From: an uncultured bacterium
GTDB taxonomy: Bacteria > Schekmanbacteria > GWA2-38-11 > J061
Length of the DNA: 64,000 bases
NCBI GenBank assembly: GCA_964549305.1
Contig: CAZJVM010000004.1
Location: 6,738 to 70,737 of the forward strand
Direction: 5' to 3'
A program made the position numbers and the translations under genes. How positions within the stretch are numbered: position 1 is the first letter of the stretch; each line of letters opens with the position of its first letter. The notes under the pieces were generated by a model, which saw nothing but the letters and a program-made list of their open reading frames with translations, did no database searches and was not told the DNA's origin. Below are positions 48,189-59,048 of this stretch, piece after piece.

Positions 48189-48893
48189 TCAATCCCTGCC
48201 TTTAATACAGGATCTGTATCCTAAATAAATCAGTATAATTCCCGTAAACTCAGTAATGTAGAGCATCTCAGTATATCCGAAGCGTGTAAATGTTCCGCCT
48301 ATACCCGGCAGAAAACTTCCTATGGCAATCTCCACATTGCCTAAAAACCTGCTGAAGTGAAGTTCGTTTTTTCTGTACCGCCACGCAGATAATACAGCGC
48401 CTCCCACAAGCAGTACCATCGCGTAGATGTTTATCCAGGGGCTGAAAAGACGCACCCAACTCCAGACAATAACCGCGCTGTTTAACCTGTTTGGCTCTAC
48501 AAGCTCGTAATTAATGGGCGACATTGTAAGAAATAGGGAAGAAATGATGATATAGGGAACAATTATTCCCGTAAGAATATGAGCCGTTCTCCTTTTAAGT
48601 AGAAAATACGCCGTACCCTGCGCAAGAGGCGCACCACCTAAAAACGCTCCCACTATATACCAGCTTTTAAAAAGCGGCTCATTCCAGCCAAAAAGAGTGA
48701 CTGACGATTCCGTGAGAGTTCCGAGTCCGAAGGTCAAAATTCCCAGCGACCACCAGAACAGATGAAGGCCTCCTTTTCTCAAATATCTCTTAAAAACTAT
48801 GCCTGTAAAAATAAACGAAATTATTGTGGACAATATGGGAATATACGACGCGAGCTCTCTCAATTTTTCATCCTCCTCTTGATTGTTTATCAC
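48189..48893 (-). CDS. Hypothetical polytopic membrane protein (~7 TM)
   Basis: Seven hydrophobic segments and no soluble domain. Confidence 0.75.
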   Translation of the reverse strand: MINNQEEDEKLRELASYIPILSTIISFIFTGIVFKRYLRKGGLHLFWWSLGILTFGLGTLTESSVTLFGWNEPLFKSWYIVGAFLGGAPLAQGTAYFLLKRRTAHILTGIIVPYIIISSLFLTMSPINYELVEPNRLNSAVIVWSWVRLFSPWINIYAMVLLVGGAVLSAWRYRKNELHFSRFLGNVEIAIGSFLPGIGGTFTRFGYTEMLYITEFTGIILIYLGYRSCIKGRD

Positions 48894-49013
48894 TGTTATT
48901 AATCAGCATCGGACGTATTGAACATATATTTAATTTGTTCAGCTTGCTCTTAGAATGGAATCAGGCAGGAAAGTCAAGAAAATAAAAAAACCGGAAAAAC
49001 TATTTCCGGGGAA

Positions 49014-49042
49014 TTGACTATGAAAAGACAAGCATTTATAAT
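49014..49042 (+). promoter_or_regulatory. Near-consensus sigma70 promoter
   Basis: TTGACT-N17-TATAAT, 43 nt before ATG 49086. Confidence 0.8.
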
Positions 49043-49085
49043 TATTTGTAAGCAATCAATACTTTAAGAGATAGAGGATTTTAAA

Positions 49086-49436
49086 ATGAAAAAAAAATTG
49101 TCCGATAAACTTTTCATATTCATCATTACCTGCCTTCTCCTGTTTTTTTCCGCGCTTCCTTTAAGGGCAGAAACATTCTCTGATTACGGGACATGGGGAA
49201 AGACCGGTCTCGTCACGGCAAGTGCCGTAACATCGTTGATTTATTCTCCTTTGAAACTTACTTATGCTTTTCTGGGAGGTATCACAAGCGGAATGGTGCT
49301 TGCCTTTACGGGAGGAAATGCTACGGAAAGCGCCTCGAGAATCGCAAGCCAGGCATCTACGGGAGACTGGTATGTACCGCCCGATGTTTTTCTCGGAAGC
49401 GAATATCTTGATTTTGTAGGCCCCGACGATAAATAG
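49086..49436 (+). CDS. Small exported hypothetical protein
   Basis: Signal peptide ending PLRA, Gly/Ala-rich hydrophobic helices, dedicated promoter. Confidence 0.75.
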   Translation: MKKKLSDKLFIFIITCLLLFFSALPLRAETFSDYGTWGKTGLVTASAVTSLIYSPLKLTYAFLGGITSGMVLAFTGGNATESASRIASQASTGDWYVPPDVFLGSEYLDFVGPDDK

Positions 49437-49520
49437 AAAGCTCACAGGAAAAGCTTCAGCACGGGACTTTTCTCAAGCTGTGGCGCATATTGCCTTATGC
49501 GCTTCAAAAATTATTTTGCC

Positions 49521-49549
49521 TTGCAAACATAATCTAAAGAATTTATAAG
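49521..49549 (+). promoter_or_regulatory. Putative sigma70 promoter of gspN-like gene
   Basis: TTGCAA-N17-TATAAG. Confidence 0.45.
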
Positions 49550-49566
49550 CAATCCCAAAAAAATCA

Positions 49567-50478
49567 ATGGACATAGTAAAGACAATTAAAAGCAATTTTT
49601 TTAAGATTATTTCTTACGGTCTTTTCGGACTGTTGTGTTTTTTCACGTTTTTTTTCATCAGATTTCCCTTTGACCTTTTAGTTAAAAACACCATCTCGGC
49701 TCTTGAAAGAGAATACAACCTTGATATTTCCGTAAAAGAATCAGGATATTCTTTCCCTTCAGGAATAAAATTAACGGGTCTTGACATTCGGGATTATGAA
49801 GGAAAATCTTTCAGCTATGAAATTGAAAAACTAAAAATCAAATACCCTCTCTCATCCATTTTTTTCATCAGGGAAGGATTTGATTTCGATGCAACCGCTT
49901 TTGACGGTGAGATATATGGCTCAATCGAATTTGACGAGGATACTATCTTTCTTGACATAAAAACTTCCGAGGACATTAACCTCCAAAAAACGTTTCCGGA
50001 AGTAACGAAAAAGGGATTTTCATTGGCGGGAATGGCTAAAATAAATCTGGAAGGCGATGTAAGTGAAGAAGATATAAAAACATTTAACGGTTCTGGTAGA
50101 GTTGAAATCAGCAAAGGCACCATAAACAATATTTCGCCTCTGCTTCCCGTTATTCCCGTTGAAAAGGCCATTTTTGAATTTGAATCATCGAGAGGAAGAA
50201 ATTCCTTTAAAAAAATAGATATTAAAGGCGAAGGTGTTGCAATTAAAGGTCAGGGCAATCTTGATATAAGGAAAAAAATCGAAGATACATCCATAAAACT
50301 CAAGCTTTTCGGCGAATACGATCCTTCAACGGAAACAGGTAAGGCAATTTCACTTCTCGGATTGAAGGGCAAAAAAAATATTCCCATCGAGTTAAGCGGA
50401 CCCCTTCTAAAACCAACGCTAAAAATAGAAGGTAAATCCTTCTGGAATATGCGTTCACGTCAAAGAAAGAGAAGATAA
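49567..50478 (+). CDS. gspN: Type II secretion system protein N-like (deltaproteobacterial type)
   Basis: N-terminal TM ending FFFIRFPFD followed by a beta-rich AsmA/GspN-like domain, ending in L.GPL..P. Confidence 0.6.
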   Translation: MDIVKTIKSNFFKIISYGLFGLLCFFTFFFIRFPFDLLVKNTISALEREYNLDISVKESGYSFPSGIKLTGLDIRDYEGKSFSYEIEKLKIKYPLSSIFFIREGFDFDATAFDGEIYGSIEFDEDTIFLDIKTSEDINLQKTFPEVTKKGFSLAGMAKINLEGDVSEEDIKTFNGSGRVEISKGTINNISPLLPVIPVEKAIFEFESSRGRNSFKKIDIKGEGVAIKGQGNLDIRKKIEDTSIKLKLFGEYDPSTETGKAISLLGLKGKKNIPIELSGPLLKPTLKIEGKSFWNMRSRQRKRR

Positions 50479-50494
50479 AAGATATCCCCGGAAA

Positions 50495-53224
50495 TCAAAG
50501 CTTTTTCGAATATCTCGTAAGGAGCAGAGAGTTGCTTACAACCGAAACCGATGAAAACGCCATTGCAAGTGCACACCACTGAGGCGGCAATGTGATAGGA
50601 TAAAAAATGCCTGCGGCAATCGGAATACCGAGAGCATTGTAAAAAAGAGCCCAGAAAAAATTCTGCTTAATCTTTGTAAGCGTTTTCTTGCCAAGCTTTA
50701 TCGCCCTATAAACATCAAAAAGGTCGTTTTTCACAAGGACTACTTCTCCCGTCTCCTTCGCTACATCTGTCCCCGACCCTATGGCAATTCCTATATTCGC
50801 CTGTGCAAGCGCGGGAGCATCATTTATTCCGTCACCCACCATCCCCACATAGAACCCTTCGGACTGATATTTTTTTACGGCAGTGATTTTATCTTCCGGC
50901 AAAACTTCCGCCTCAAAAGAATCTATGCCCACGCTTTCCGCTACGATTGAAGCGATTTTTCTGTTGTCACCGGAAATCATACAGGTCTTGATTCCCAAAG
51001 AATGGAGACTCTCTATCGATTCTTTCGCGTTCTCCTTAACGACATCGGATATTCCGAAAACTCCCGCGGCTTTTCCGTCTTCAGCCACATATACGAGAGT
51101 ATTGCCCCGCGCCTGCAGATTTTCCGCATCTGACGCAACGGGAGTTATGTCAACATCGTTTTCTTCCAGAAAAGCCCGCTTTCCCACAAGTATTTTAGAG
51201 TCCCTGATTTTACACCTTACGCCCTTACCGCTTTCTTCCCTGAAAGAGCTTGCGGCAAGAATATCGCTGTTTTTTTCTTTTCCGAAGTCCACTATCGCGT
51301 CTGCGAGAGGATGAGTTGACAGTTTCTCGGCGCTCACTGCCTTTTTCAGCAATTCTTCACCTTCTATTCCCGGGGCAACACAGTATTCGGTAACCTTCGG
51401 CTCGCCTTTCGTAAGAGTGCCTGTCTTGTCAAATATCACCATCCCAAGCTTTGATATATTTTCAAGTATGCTTGCCTTTTTAAACAATATTCCCCTGTTA
51501 AGCCCTATCCCGCTGCCAACCATAATGGCAGTGGGGGTTGCAAGTCCCAACGCGCATGGGCAGGCAATTACAAGAACGGAAATCATAATTGTAAAGGCAA
51601 AAATAAAGGGCATTCCTTTTACAAGGTACCATATGCAGAAACTAATAATGGAAATTGTGACAACAGTGGGCACAAAATAGTTTGACACGGTGTCGGCAAA
51701 GCGCTGTATGGGCGCTTTATCCGCCTGCGCTTCCTGCACCATACTGATTATTTGCGAAAGCACGGTATCCCTGCCTATCTTTGTGGTCTTTATTTTAAGA
51801 TGCCCTGATTTATTTATGGTAGCGCCCGTAACATTGTCGCCTGTCTGTTTCTCCACGGGTATCGACTCTCCCGATATCATAGATTCATCCACGCTTGACG
51901 CGCCTTCCAGAATTTCTCCGTCAACAGGAATTTTTTCACCCGGTTTTACAACGACAATGTCACCTACCTTCACATAGGACGCGGGCATTTCCTTTTCTTC
52001 TCCGTCAACAATAACTACCGCCCTGTCTGCCTGCAATTCAAGAAGTTTCTTCAGAGCCTGTCCCGCCTTGCCCTTTGCGCGAGCTTCCATCATTTTCCCC
52101 AGAAGAATGAAAGTTAAAAGTTCGGGAGCAACCTCGAACATAAGGTGATGCATAGCACCTCCGGAACCGGAAGCCATTTCACCGGACATTCCTTCCATTC
52201 CCGTACCTATAAAGAAGAGAATCATCACACTGTAAAAATACGACGCGCTGATTCCAAGTGAAACAAGAACATCCATATTCGTGGCTTTATTTTTTAAAGA
52301 ATAATACGCGCCTCGGTAAAAGGGAAATCCCCCCGTAACCTGAACCGCCGTAGCGATTGCAAAGAGAATGTAATCCTGAATGCCTCCAAAGGGGCGAAAA
52401 TCTATGCCAAGCTGAGGCAGATGAACAAGAAGCGCGACTGGGATTGTAAGAAAAGCCGTAAGAAGAAACGCTCTTTTTTCCTTATCAGCGGTACTCTTAT
52501 CTTCACTTTCCTCACCTTCTTCAATGGCGGTATATCCCGCGTTTTTAACAAGACTGAAAATATCCGCCGGGTTAATTTCGCGGGGGTCATATTCCACAAC
52601 GCCCTCTTCCATGGGAAAATTCACGGATACATTCTTTATTCCCTGAGCTTTTGCAACGACCTTTTCGATTGTTTTTGAGCAATTGACACAACTCATACCC
52701 TCAATTTTAAAGCGTATATTTTCGGCATCGCCGGAGTATAGGGAGCGCGCTTCATAACCGAGGTCTTTAATCTTTGCGATAATCTCCTCTTTCCCGAGAG
52801 TTTCGAGGTGTTCCACTGTCAAGGTTTCAAGGGGAAAATTCACCACTGCCCTGCTTACCGCATCAACTTTGTTCAAACCTCTTTCGATTGTGCCCGCGCA
52901 ATTCACGCAGGACATTCCGCCTATTTTAAAAGATGAAGTTGCGGTTTCTCCTCTCTGTTTTTCCTCGTCATCATCTGTAAAATTGTCTTCTCCGGGCGCG
53001 TCACCTGCCGGCGTTTCTCCTGCATTATATCCCTCATTGACGATTGCCTCTCTCATTTTAACTTCATCCACAAGACTGTCGTCATAGGAAACACGGGCAA
53101 GTTCCTCTTCAAGGGAAACTTCCGCGCCGAGAACTCCTTCGAGTTTACTCAACGCTTTCGTCACAGCCCGTACGCAATGCTCACAGGACATACCTCCAAC
53201 CTTTATCCGGCAAGTTTTTTCCAT
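50495..53224 (-). CDS. copA: Cu(I)-translocating P1B-1 ATPase with three N-terminal HMA domains
   Basis: GMSCEHC, GMSCVNC x2, [32 protein letters not shown] and MAFSS Cu(I) ligands. Confidence 0.97.
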   Translation of the reverse strand: MEKTCRIKVGGMSCEHCVRAVTKALSKLEGVLGAEVSLEEELARVSYDDSLVDEVKMREAIVNEGYNAGETPAGDAPGEDNFTDDDEEKQRGETATSSFKIGGMSCVNCAGTIERGLNKVDAVSRAVVNFPLETLTVEHLETLGKEEIIAKIKDLGYEARSLYSGDAENIRFKIEGMSCVNCSKTIEKVVAKAQGIKNVSVNFPMEEGVVEYDPREINPADIFSLVKNAGYTAIEEGEESEDKSTADKEKRAFLLTAFLTIPVALLVHLPQLGIDFRPFGGIQDYILFAIATAVQVTGGFPFYRGAYYSLKNKATNMDVLVSLGISASYFYSVMILFFIGTGMEGMSGEMASGSGGAMHHLMFEVAPELLTFILLGKMMEARAKGKAGQALKKLLELQADRAVVIVDGEEKEMPASYVKVGDIVVVKPGEKIPVDGEILEGASSVDESMISGESIPVEKQTGDNVTGATINKSGHLKIKTTKIGRDTVLSQIISMVQEAQADKAPIQRFADTVSNYFVPTVVTISIISFCIWYLVKGMPFIFAFTIMISVLVIACPCALGLATPTAIMVGSGIGLNRGILFKKASILENISKLGMVIFDKTGTLTKGEPKVTEYCVAPGIEGEELLKKAVSAEKLSTHPLADAIVDFGKEKNSDILAASSFREESGKGVRCKIRDSKILVGKRAFLEENDVDITPVASDAENLQARGNTLVYVAEDGKAAGVFGISDVVKENAKESIESLHSLGIKTCMISGDNRKIASIVAESVGIDSFEAEVLPEDKITAVKKYQSEGFYVGMVGDGINDAPALAQANIGIAIGSGTDVAKETGEVVLVKNDLFDVYRAIKLGKKTLTKIKQNFFWALFYNALGIPIAAGIFYPITLPPQWCALAMAFSSVSVVSNSLLLTRYSKKL

Positions 53225-53304
53225 AATTTCACCTTAAAAGAAAATTTAACGGCACAATCAAAGAAGCAAAGGAAAGTTATAATTGACTGCTTCGCAACAA
53301 AGAG

Positions 53305-53517
53305 CTATTTCGCTGATGCTTCATATCCCGCTTCGACAATCGCTCCTACTATATTGTCAATACTGTCAACTGCAGGGTCATAGGAAAATGTCGCTTCCTT
53401 TGCATCGAGGTCAACATTGATATCGCCTGCGCTCGCAAATCCCTCTATTGCCTTCTTTACGTGCTTAACGCACATCTGACAAGTCATTCCGGTTACTGCA
53501 AGTTTTCCCTCTGACAT
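53305..53517 (-). CDS. copZ: Copper chaperone
   Basis: GMTCQMC...AGY, 70 aa HMA. Confidence 0.92.
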   Translation of the reverse strand: MSEGKLAVTGMTCQMCVKHVKKAIEGFASAGDINVDLDAKEATFSYDPAVDSIDNIVGAIVEAGYEASAK

Positions 53518-53579
53518 AATCCTTCTCCTTTTTTAAAGTAATTAAACAATCCCTTCCCTGCATTTTCCGCAAGGGCTTC

Positions 53580-53849
53580 CTATTTTTTAAACTTGAAAAA
53601 AATATTCATTAACTCCTCAATCTTTTCCTTCTCTCTTCCGTCCCGTATTGCATCGGTAACACAGGTTTCAACGTGTTTTTTAAGGACAATTTTTGCCACA
53701 TTCGACAGCGCCGAAGTTGCCGCGGAAATTTGAGTCAATATATCTATGCAATATTGCTTTTCATCAACCATTTTGCTGATGCCTCTCACCTGCCCTTCGA
53801 TTTTCTTCAGTCTCGCAATGGCTTTATTTTTGGAAATTTCATCAAGCAT
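53580..53849 (-). CDS. csoR: Copper-sensing repressor CsoR
   Basis: RLKKIEGQVRGI..MV...YC.DIL.QISA...H...C. Confidence 0.93.
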   Translation of the reverse strand: MLDEISKNKAIARLKKIEGQVRGISKMVDEKQYCIDILTQISAATSALSNVAKIVLKKHVETCVTDAIRDGREKEKIEELMNIFFKFKK

Positions 53850-53866
53850 TTTAGCTCCTTGTTACC

Positions 53867-53883
53867 ATACCCTGGTAGGGTAT
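53867..53883. promoter_or_regulatory. CsoR operator
   Basis: ATACCCT-GGT-AGGGTAT palindrome overlapping the -10 of a minus-strand TTGACA-N17-TATACC promoter (53879-53907). Confidence 0.88.
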
Positions 53884-54081
53884 AATTCTTTTTATCTTAA
53901 TTGTCAAGGTGATAAACATGCTAAAATCTTAAATAAATATGGATTATTTCATCTGAAAAAGATATAAAGCATTAAACCTTAACCTGAAAGAAGGCAATAC
54001 AGACTGAAGCGGTTATAACTTTTTTTTCTGAAACTGTCTTTCCTAATTTAAATTCATTTAGAACTGAGCAATGAGTAACTT

Positions 54082-55494
54082 ATGAAAAAATACAAATCCA
54101 TACTCTGTATATATCCATACAAAAAAGAACTCTCCTCCACAGGTTTTATGCCTCCTTTGGGGCTTGAAAGCATAGCCACTTCAATAAAGGACCTTTGCGA
54201 GGAAATAAACATTATTGATCTTCGCTTCGAAAAAAAAGGGGTTGATTTTTATCTGTCAAAAAAGCCCGATGCCGTTTTAATAAGCGTTAACTGGTATTAT
54301 GAAAAAAACAGCACAAAAAAAATAATACGTTCTATTCCCCCTGAAACCTTTACCATCGTAGGCGGGAGGGAGGCTACGCAAAATGCCGATAAATTTCTCA
54401 CTGACTGCCCCAACATCGATATTATAGTTAAAGGGGAAGGTGAACAAACAATCAGAGAAATTCTCCTGAATAAACCGCTGAATGAAATCAAAGGAATAAG
54501 CTATCGAAACGGCAAATCAATTGTAAACAATCCGCTGAGAAATATTTCAGAATTGAACCACTTCTACGATATTGACAGAAATCTGAGAAACTATAATTAC
54601 ACATTCATAATCGACGGCCTAAACCTCGGACACACTGTTGACGGCATCTTTTCATCACGCGGTTGTCCTTACAACTGCAAATTTTGCTCATTCAATTTTA
54701 CTCCCACGGGTGAAAAAATAAAATGGAGAGGAAGAAAACCTGAGGACGTGGTTGAAGAAATCAAAGAAATTAAATCAAAGACAATAATATTCCTCGATGA
54801 AAACTTTACCCACGATACCAAAAGAGTTGAAAGCATATGCGATCTCATAATTGAAAATAAAATTAAAAAACTTTTCGTTGCCAATGCGAGAATTGAAATT
54901 TCAAAAAATCCGGAAGTTTTGTCTAAAATGCACAAAGCAGGTTTCAGAATACTTACTCTTGGTATCGAATCATCACAGGATCACGTGCTAAAAAACCTCA
55001 GAAAAGGGTTCAACAGAAAGCAGTTGGAAGACGCATTCAAAGTGTTTGCAAAATTCAAGATACTAACTCACGGATACTTCATTATAGGAAACCCCGGAGA
55101 AACAAAAGAGGAAATGCTTGATATTGGCGTTTTTTCGAAAAAAATCGGACTTTACTCCATAGGGGTAAGCAACCTGAGATGCGCTTCGACAACTCCTCTC
55201 TATTCGGAAATAATGAACCTTGACGGATACCATATTGATAAAAAAGAAAGAGTTTATTCGGAAAAGTATTCCGTTAAGGACATTAAAAAAATCAGAAAAT
55301 CTATTTATAAAATTTTCTATACCCCTTCAACTTTCAGAAAAATCTTTCTTTTCTTCGTAGGAAATAATTTGCTTACACCAAAACTCTTTTTTAATATTGC
55401 CAAATCTTCAGGTACGGCATTTGGACGATATTTACGAAAAAGAAATAGGAAAAAAGAGAAACAATTGCGAAAAGCTCAGGCAAATTACAATTGA
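54082..55494 (+). CDS. Cobalamin-binding (class B) radical SAM protein
   Basis: PPLGLESIA, VGGREAT, GEGE, SRGCPYNCKFC, DENFT, LGIES, GYFIIGNPGET. Confidence 0.9.
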   Translation: MKKYKSILCIYPYKKELSSTGFMPPLGLESIATSIKDLCEEINIIDLRFEKKGVDFYLSKKPDAVLISVNWYYEKNSTKKIIRSIPPETFTIVGGREATQNADKFLTDCPNIDIIVKGEGEQTIREILLNKPLNEIKGISYRNGKSIVNNPLRNISELNHFYDIDRNLRNYNYTFIIDGLNLGHTVDGIFSSRGCPYNCKFCSFNFTPTGEKIKWRGRKPEDVVEEIKEIKSKTIIFLDENFTHDTKRVESICDLIIENKIKKLFVANARIEISKNPEVLSKMHKAGFRILTLGIESSQDHVLKNLRKGFNRKQLEDAFKVFAKFKILTHGYFIIGNPGETKEEMLDIGVFSKKIGLYSIGVSNLRCASTTPLYSEIMNLDGYHIDKKERVYSEKYSVKDIKKIRKSIYKIFYTPSTFRKIFLFFVGNNLLTPKLFFNIAKSSGTAFGRYLRKRNRKKEKQLRKAQANYN

Positions 55495-55655
55495 TTCTCC
55501 GCTTTTCACATTTCTGACAGTCTCTAAAAAACATCGCATAATTTTTTTATTCTGCTTTACAAATCAAATCTTGTTATATAGAGAATTCATACTTTCTTTA
55601 CAAAAATAATCTAAATAATTTCAAAAAAAGTTACATAAAAAAGGAGGCAGCAGTT

Positions 55656-57278
55656 ATGCAAAAATTCTTTGAAAAAAAAGATTTAAAGAGCATCGCGGTT
55701 TTCACGGGTACGATACTTTTATCAATCCTTTGCATTATCCCTGTCGTAAAAGCCGAAGTGGAAAGTGCCGAAATGTCATTCTCCGGACAGGGCAAAAAAG
55801 TGGATCTTTCCCTGAAGCAGGCGATTGAAATGGCAGTGGAGCGAAATCTCGATGTAATGTTTGAGCGTGTCAATCCACTCATAAAACAGCAGGATATAAG
55901 AAACGAAAAATCTAGATTCGACCCAAGCTATTATCTTAAATCAAACTTTGAAAAAACAATCAAACCTACCGGAACCGACCTTGCAGGTACTCCTACGGCA
56001 GTAAACAAAAATTTTAGATGGGATACGGGATTTAAGGGCGAAATAGCAACAGGCACGGATTACAGTCTCGATTTTACAAATATCAGGCAAAAAACGAACT
56101 CCAGCTTTACAAACCTCAATCCAAGTTACACCTCAGAAATCAAACTAAACATAACTCAACCTTTGCTGAAAGATTTCGGACTGTCCGTAAATAAAACGAA
56201 TATTGTAATTGCAAACAATAACAGAACAAAATCCGTTCACAAGTTGAAAGATTCAATAATCAGGGTTGTTTCCGATGTGGAAGAAACATATTGGGATCTT
56301 GTTTACAGCCGGAATGACTTGAGAGTTAAGGAACTTTCACTCAAACGCGCCGACGACTTTCTTGAAAGGACACAGAAACAGGTTGATGTGGGAACCCTTG
56401 CTCCTATAGATATCGTTCAGGCCGAGGCTGAAGTAGCAGCAAGAAAGGAAGGCGTTATCGTTGCGGAAACAAACATAAGGAATGCTGAAGACCGGCTTAA
56501 ACAGCTTATAAACATTGTCGATGCGGAGGGTTGGGATGTCCAAATCATACCTCTTGACAAACCGCAGTTTAAGGCAATTCCTATAGACCTCAATGTGACA
56601 ATCCAAACCGCTCTTTCCAAAAGACCGGACATTAGTCAGGCAAAAATTAGTCTCGAAAACAGCATTATCTCCAAGAAGTTCGCCAAAAATCAGCTTCTCC
56701 CCACTCTTAATTTCGTGGGCTCTTTCGCAATTAACGGATTGAGCGGACAAAAAAGGCCTTCGAGTTTCGGCGCACAGGACCCTACTGTTGTCTTTGACCG
56801 CTCTGACAATCCGCTGGGCGAAAGTTATGAAGAAACACTCCAGAGAATAGGTACAGGAAATTATTACAGTTGGCTTGTGGGAATAGAACTTGACATACCC
56901 CTGGGAAACAGGGCAGCAAAAAGCAGATATGTAAAAAGCTCTCTTGAAAACGAACAGGCGGTCATCAACCTTAACAATACACGGCAAAAAGCTATCGTAG
57001 ACATAAGGACGGCAGTGAGAAATGTCCAGACAAATATCAAGCGAATAAACACCACCACAAAAGCTTCTGAGCTTGCCCGGGAAAAACTCGAAGCAGAGGA
57101 AAAGAAGTATGAAGTCGGAATGTCAACTGCGCACGATGTCCTCGAGTTTCAGGAAGATGTTGCAACTGCTGAAAGCAATAAACTGAAAGCGATAATTGAC
57201 TACAATAAGTCACTTGTCTCTCTAGATAAGGCAAGCGGCACAACACTTGAAAGCAATCAGCTCGTTTTTCAGGAATAA
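55656..57278 (+). CDS. TolC-family outer membrane efflux protein
   Basis: LSLKQAIEMAVERN, QPLLKDFG, YWDL, two OEP repeats, EEKKYEVG. Confidence 0.9.
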   Translation: MQKFFEKKDLKSIAVFTGTILLSILCIIPVVKAEVESAEMSFSGQGKKVDLSLKQAIEMAVERNLDVMFERVNPLIKQQDIRNEKSRFDPSYYLKSNFEKTIKPTGTDLAGTPTAVNKNFRWDTGFKGEIATGTDYSLDFTNIRQKTNSSFTNLNPSYTSEIKLNITQPLLKDFGLSVNKTNIVIANNNRTKSVHKLKDSIIRVVSDVEETYWDLVYSRNDLRVKELSLKRADDFLERTQKQVDVGTLAPIDIVQAEAEVAARKEGVIVAETNIRNAEDRLKQLINIVDAEGWDVQIIPLDKPQFKAIPIDLNVTIQTALSKRPDISQAKISLENSIISKKFAKNQLLPTLNFVGSFAINGLSGQKRPSSFGAQDPTVVFDRSDNPLGESYEETLQRIGTGNYYSWLVGIELDIPLGNRAAKSRYVKSSLENEQAVINLNNTRQKAIVDIRTAVRNVQTNIKRINTTTKASELAREKLEAEEKKYEVGMSTAHDVLEFQEDVATAESNKLKAIIDYNKSLVSLDKASGTTLESNQLVFQE

Positions 57279-57387
57279 GAAAGTTTTTAAGCAGAAGAAA
57301 TTTCAGGATTAATTTAGATTAGAGGCTTTTTCTGCTCATTGCTTTTATCCCTCTTCTGTGATTATATAGCTTCAAGCATAAAAATTT

Positions 57388-57435
57388 GTTCAAAACATGA
57401 ACTATATTTTTAAAAATGTTCATATTTTGAACATT
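57388..57435. promoter_or_regulatory. Tandem GTTCA-N5-TGAAC palindromes: candidate NtrC-like enhancer for glnA
   Basis: GTTCA-AAACA-TGAAC (57388-57402) and AATGTTCA-TATTT-TGAACATT (57415-57435), 30 bp apart, upstream of the -24/-12 promoter. Confidence 0.6.
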
Positions 57436-57495
57436 ATATTAAAAGCACACTATATAATCTTCTGCGAATTCAATGACTTATAAATTATCACTTCT

Positions 57496-57511
57496 TGGCA
57501 TATTTATTGCA
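57496..57511 (+). promoter_or_regulatory. Sigma54 (-24/-12) promoter of glnA
   Basis: TGGCAT-ATTTA-TTGCA with correct GG-N10-GC spacing. Confidence 0.88.
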
Positions 57512-57575
57512 TAAGTATTGAATGTTTTTGTTGAGAAAAGAAAAAGCCGTTTAATCAATTGTAAGGAGATAAACA

Positions 57576-58988
57576 ATGAGTCCAAAAAAAGTAGTGGATA
57601 TTATCAAGGAAAAAAATATCCAAATGATAGATTTGCGTTTTATGGATTTTCCCGGCGTATGGCAGCACTTTTCAGTACCTGTTTCGGAGTTTGACGAAAG
57701 CAGTTTTGAAGATGGTTTCGGTTTTGACGGTTCAAGCATAAGAGGATGGCAACCAATCAATGCCAGTGATATGCTCGTTATTCCCGATCCCTCAACAGCG
57801 ATGATAGACCCTATTCTCCAACATCCCACACTTGTCCTTATCTGCAATATAGTTGACCCCATAACTAAGGAAAAATATTCGAGAGATCCGAGAAATATAG
57901 CTCAAAAAGCCGAAAGCTATCTTAAATCCACACAGATAGGTGACACTGCATATTTCGGTCCGGAAGCGGAATTTTTCATTCTCGACGATGTAAGGTTTGA
58001 CCAGAATGAACATCAGGGATTTTACTACCTCGATTCCTCTGAAGGCAGATGGAATAGCGGAAAAGAGGAAAATCCGAACCTCGGTTACAAACCGCGCTAC
58101 AAGGAAGGCTATTTCCCCGTACCGCCAACGGACAGCCAACAGGATTTAAGAACCGAAATCGTGCTTGAAATGCAGAAAGTGGGATTGCAAATAGAATGTC
58201 AGCACCACGAAGTTGCAACTTCCGGCCAGGCGGAAATAGATATGAAATACAACACCCTTACAAAAATCGCCGACGATCTGATGTGGTACAAATATGTAGC
58301 GAAGAATGTTGCAAGAAAGCACAACAAAACAGTTACATTTATGCCGAAACCAGTTTTTCGGGACAATGGTTCGGGAATGCATACCCATATTTCCATATGG
58401 AAGGACGGCGAACCTCTTTTTGCCGGAAATGAATACGGCGGAATGAGTGAAATGGCAATGTACTTCTTAGGCGGCATTATAAAACACGCGTCTTCGCTTT
58501 GTGCTTTCGTGGCACCTACGACAAATTCTTACAAGCGCCTTGTCCCCGGTTATGAGGCACCAGTGAATCTGGCGTATTCAAGCCGTAACAGAAGCGCAAG
58601 CCTGAGAATTCCAATGTATTCGCCAAGCCCCAAAGCAAAAAGAGTGGAAGTACGTTTCCCTGATCCCTCTTGCAACGGATATCTGGCTTTTTCGGCTCTT
58701 CTGATGGCCGGTCTTGACGGCGTAGAGAACAAAATGCATCCCGGCGACCCTCTTGATAAGGACATTTACGAGCTTGAACCCGAAGAACTTGCAGGCGTTC
58801 CCTCAGTGCCTTCTTCACTTGAAGAAGCAATCAACGCGCTTGAAGAGGACAATGAATATCTTCTCAAAGGAGATGTCTTCACTCAGGATGCAATTGACAA
58901 GTGGATTGAATATAAAAGAGTAAACGAAGTTGATGCGCTGAGATTAAGACCTCATCCTTATGAATTTGCTCTTTACTTTGACATTTAA
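57576..58988 (+). CDS. glnA: Glutamine synthetase type I
   Basis: [50 protein letters not shown]; Tyr in DIYEL at the adenylylation position. Confidence 0.99.
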   Translation: MSPKKVVDIIKEKNIQMIDLRFMDFPGVWQHFSVPVSEFDESSFEDGFGFDGSSIRGWQPINASDMLVIPDPSTAMIDPILQHPTLVLICNIVDPITKEKYSRDPRNIAQKAESYLKSTQIGDTAYFGPEAEFFILDDVRFDQNEHQGFYYLDSSEGRWNSGKEENPNLGYKPRYKEGYFPVPPTDSQQDLRTEIVLEMQKVGLQIECQHHEVATSGQAEIDMKYNTLTKIADDLMWYKYVAKNVARKHNKTVTFMPKPVFRDNGSGMHTHISIWKDGEPLFAGNEYGGMSEMAMYFLGGIIKHASSLCAFVAPTTNSYKRLVPGYEAPVNLAYSSRNRSASLRIPMYSPSPKAKRVEVRFPDPSCNGYLAFSALLMAGLDGVENKMHPGDPLDKDIYELEPEELAGVPSVPSSLEEAINALEEDNEYLLKGDVFTQDAIDKWIEYKRVNEVDALRLRPHPYEFALYFDI

Positions 58989-59048
58989 TTACGTTAAAAG
59001 ATATTCCATATTTCTGTGGATGTTTCATTAACAACATTCAGGCAATCA

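Noticed and set aside
49445-49510. Possible structured RNA between the small exported gene and gspN (CACAG/CTGTG, GCGCATA/TATGCGC)
   Set aside because: Only short stems with no recognisable ncRNA motif; at most a weak terminator.
56337-56987. 216-aa ORF antisense to tolC, and the many other 60-200 aa nested ORFs in the track
   Set aside because: All lie within better-supported genes and have no motifs or RBS.
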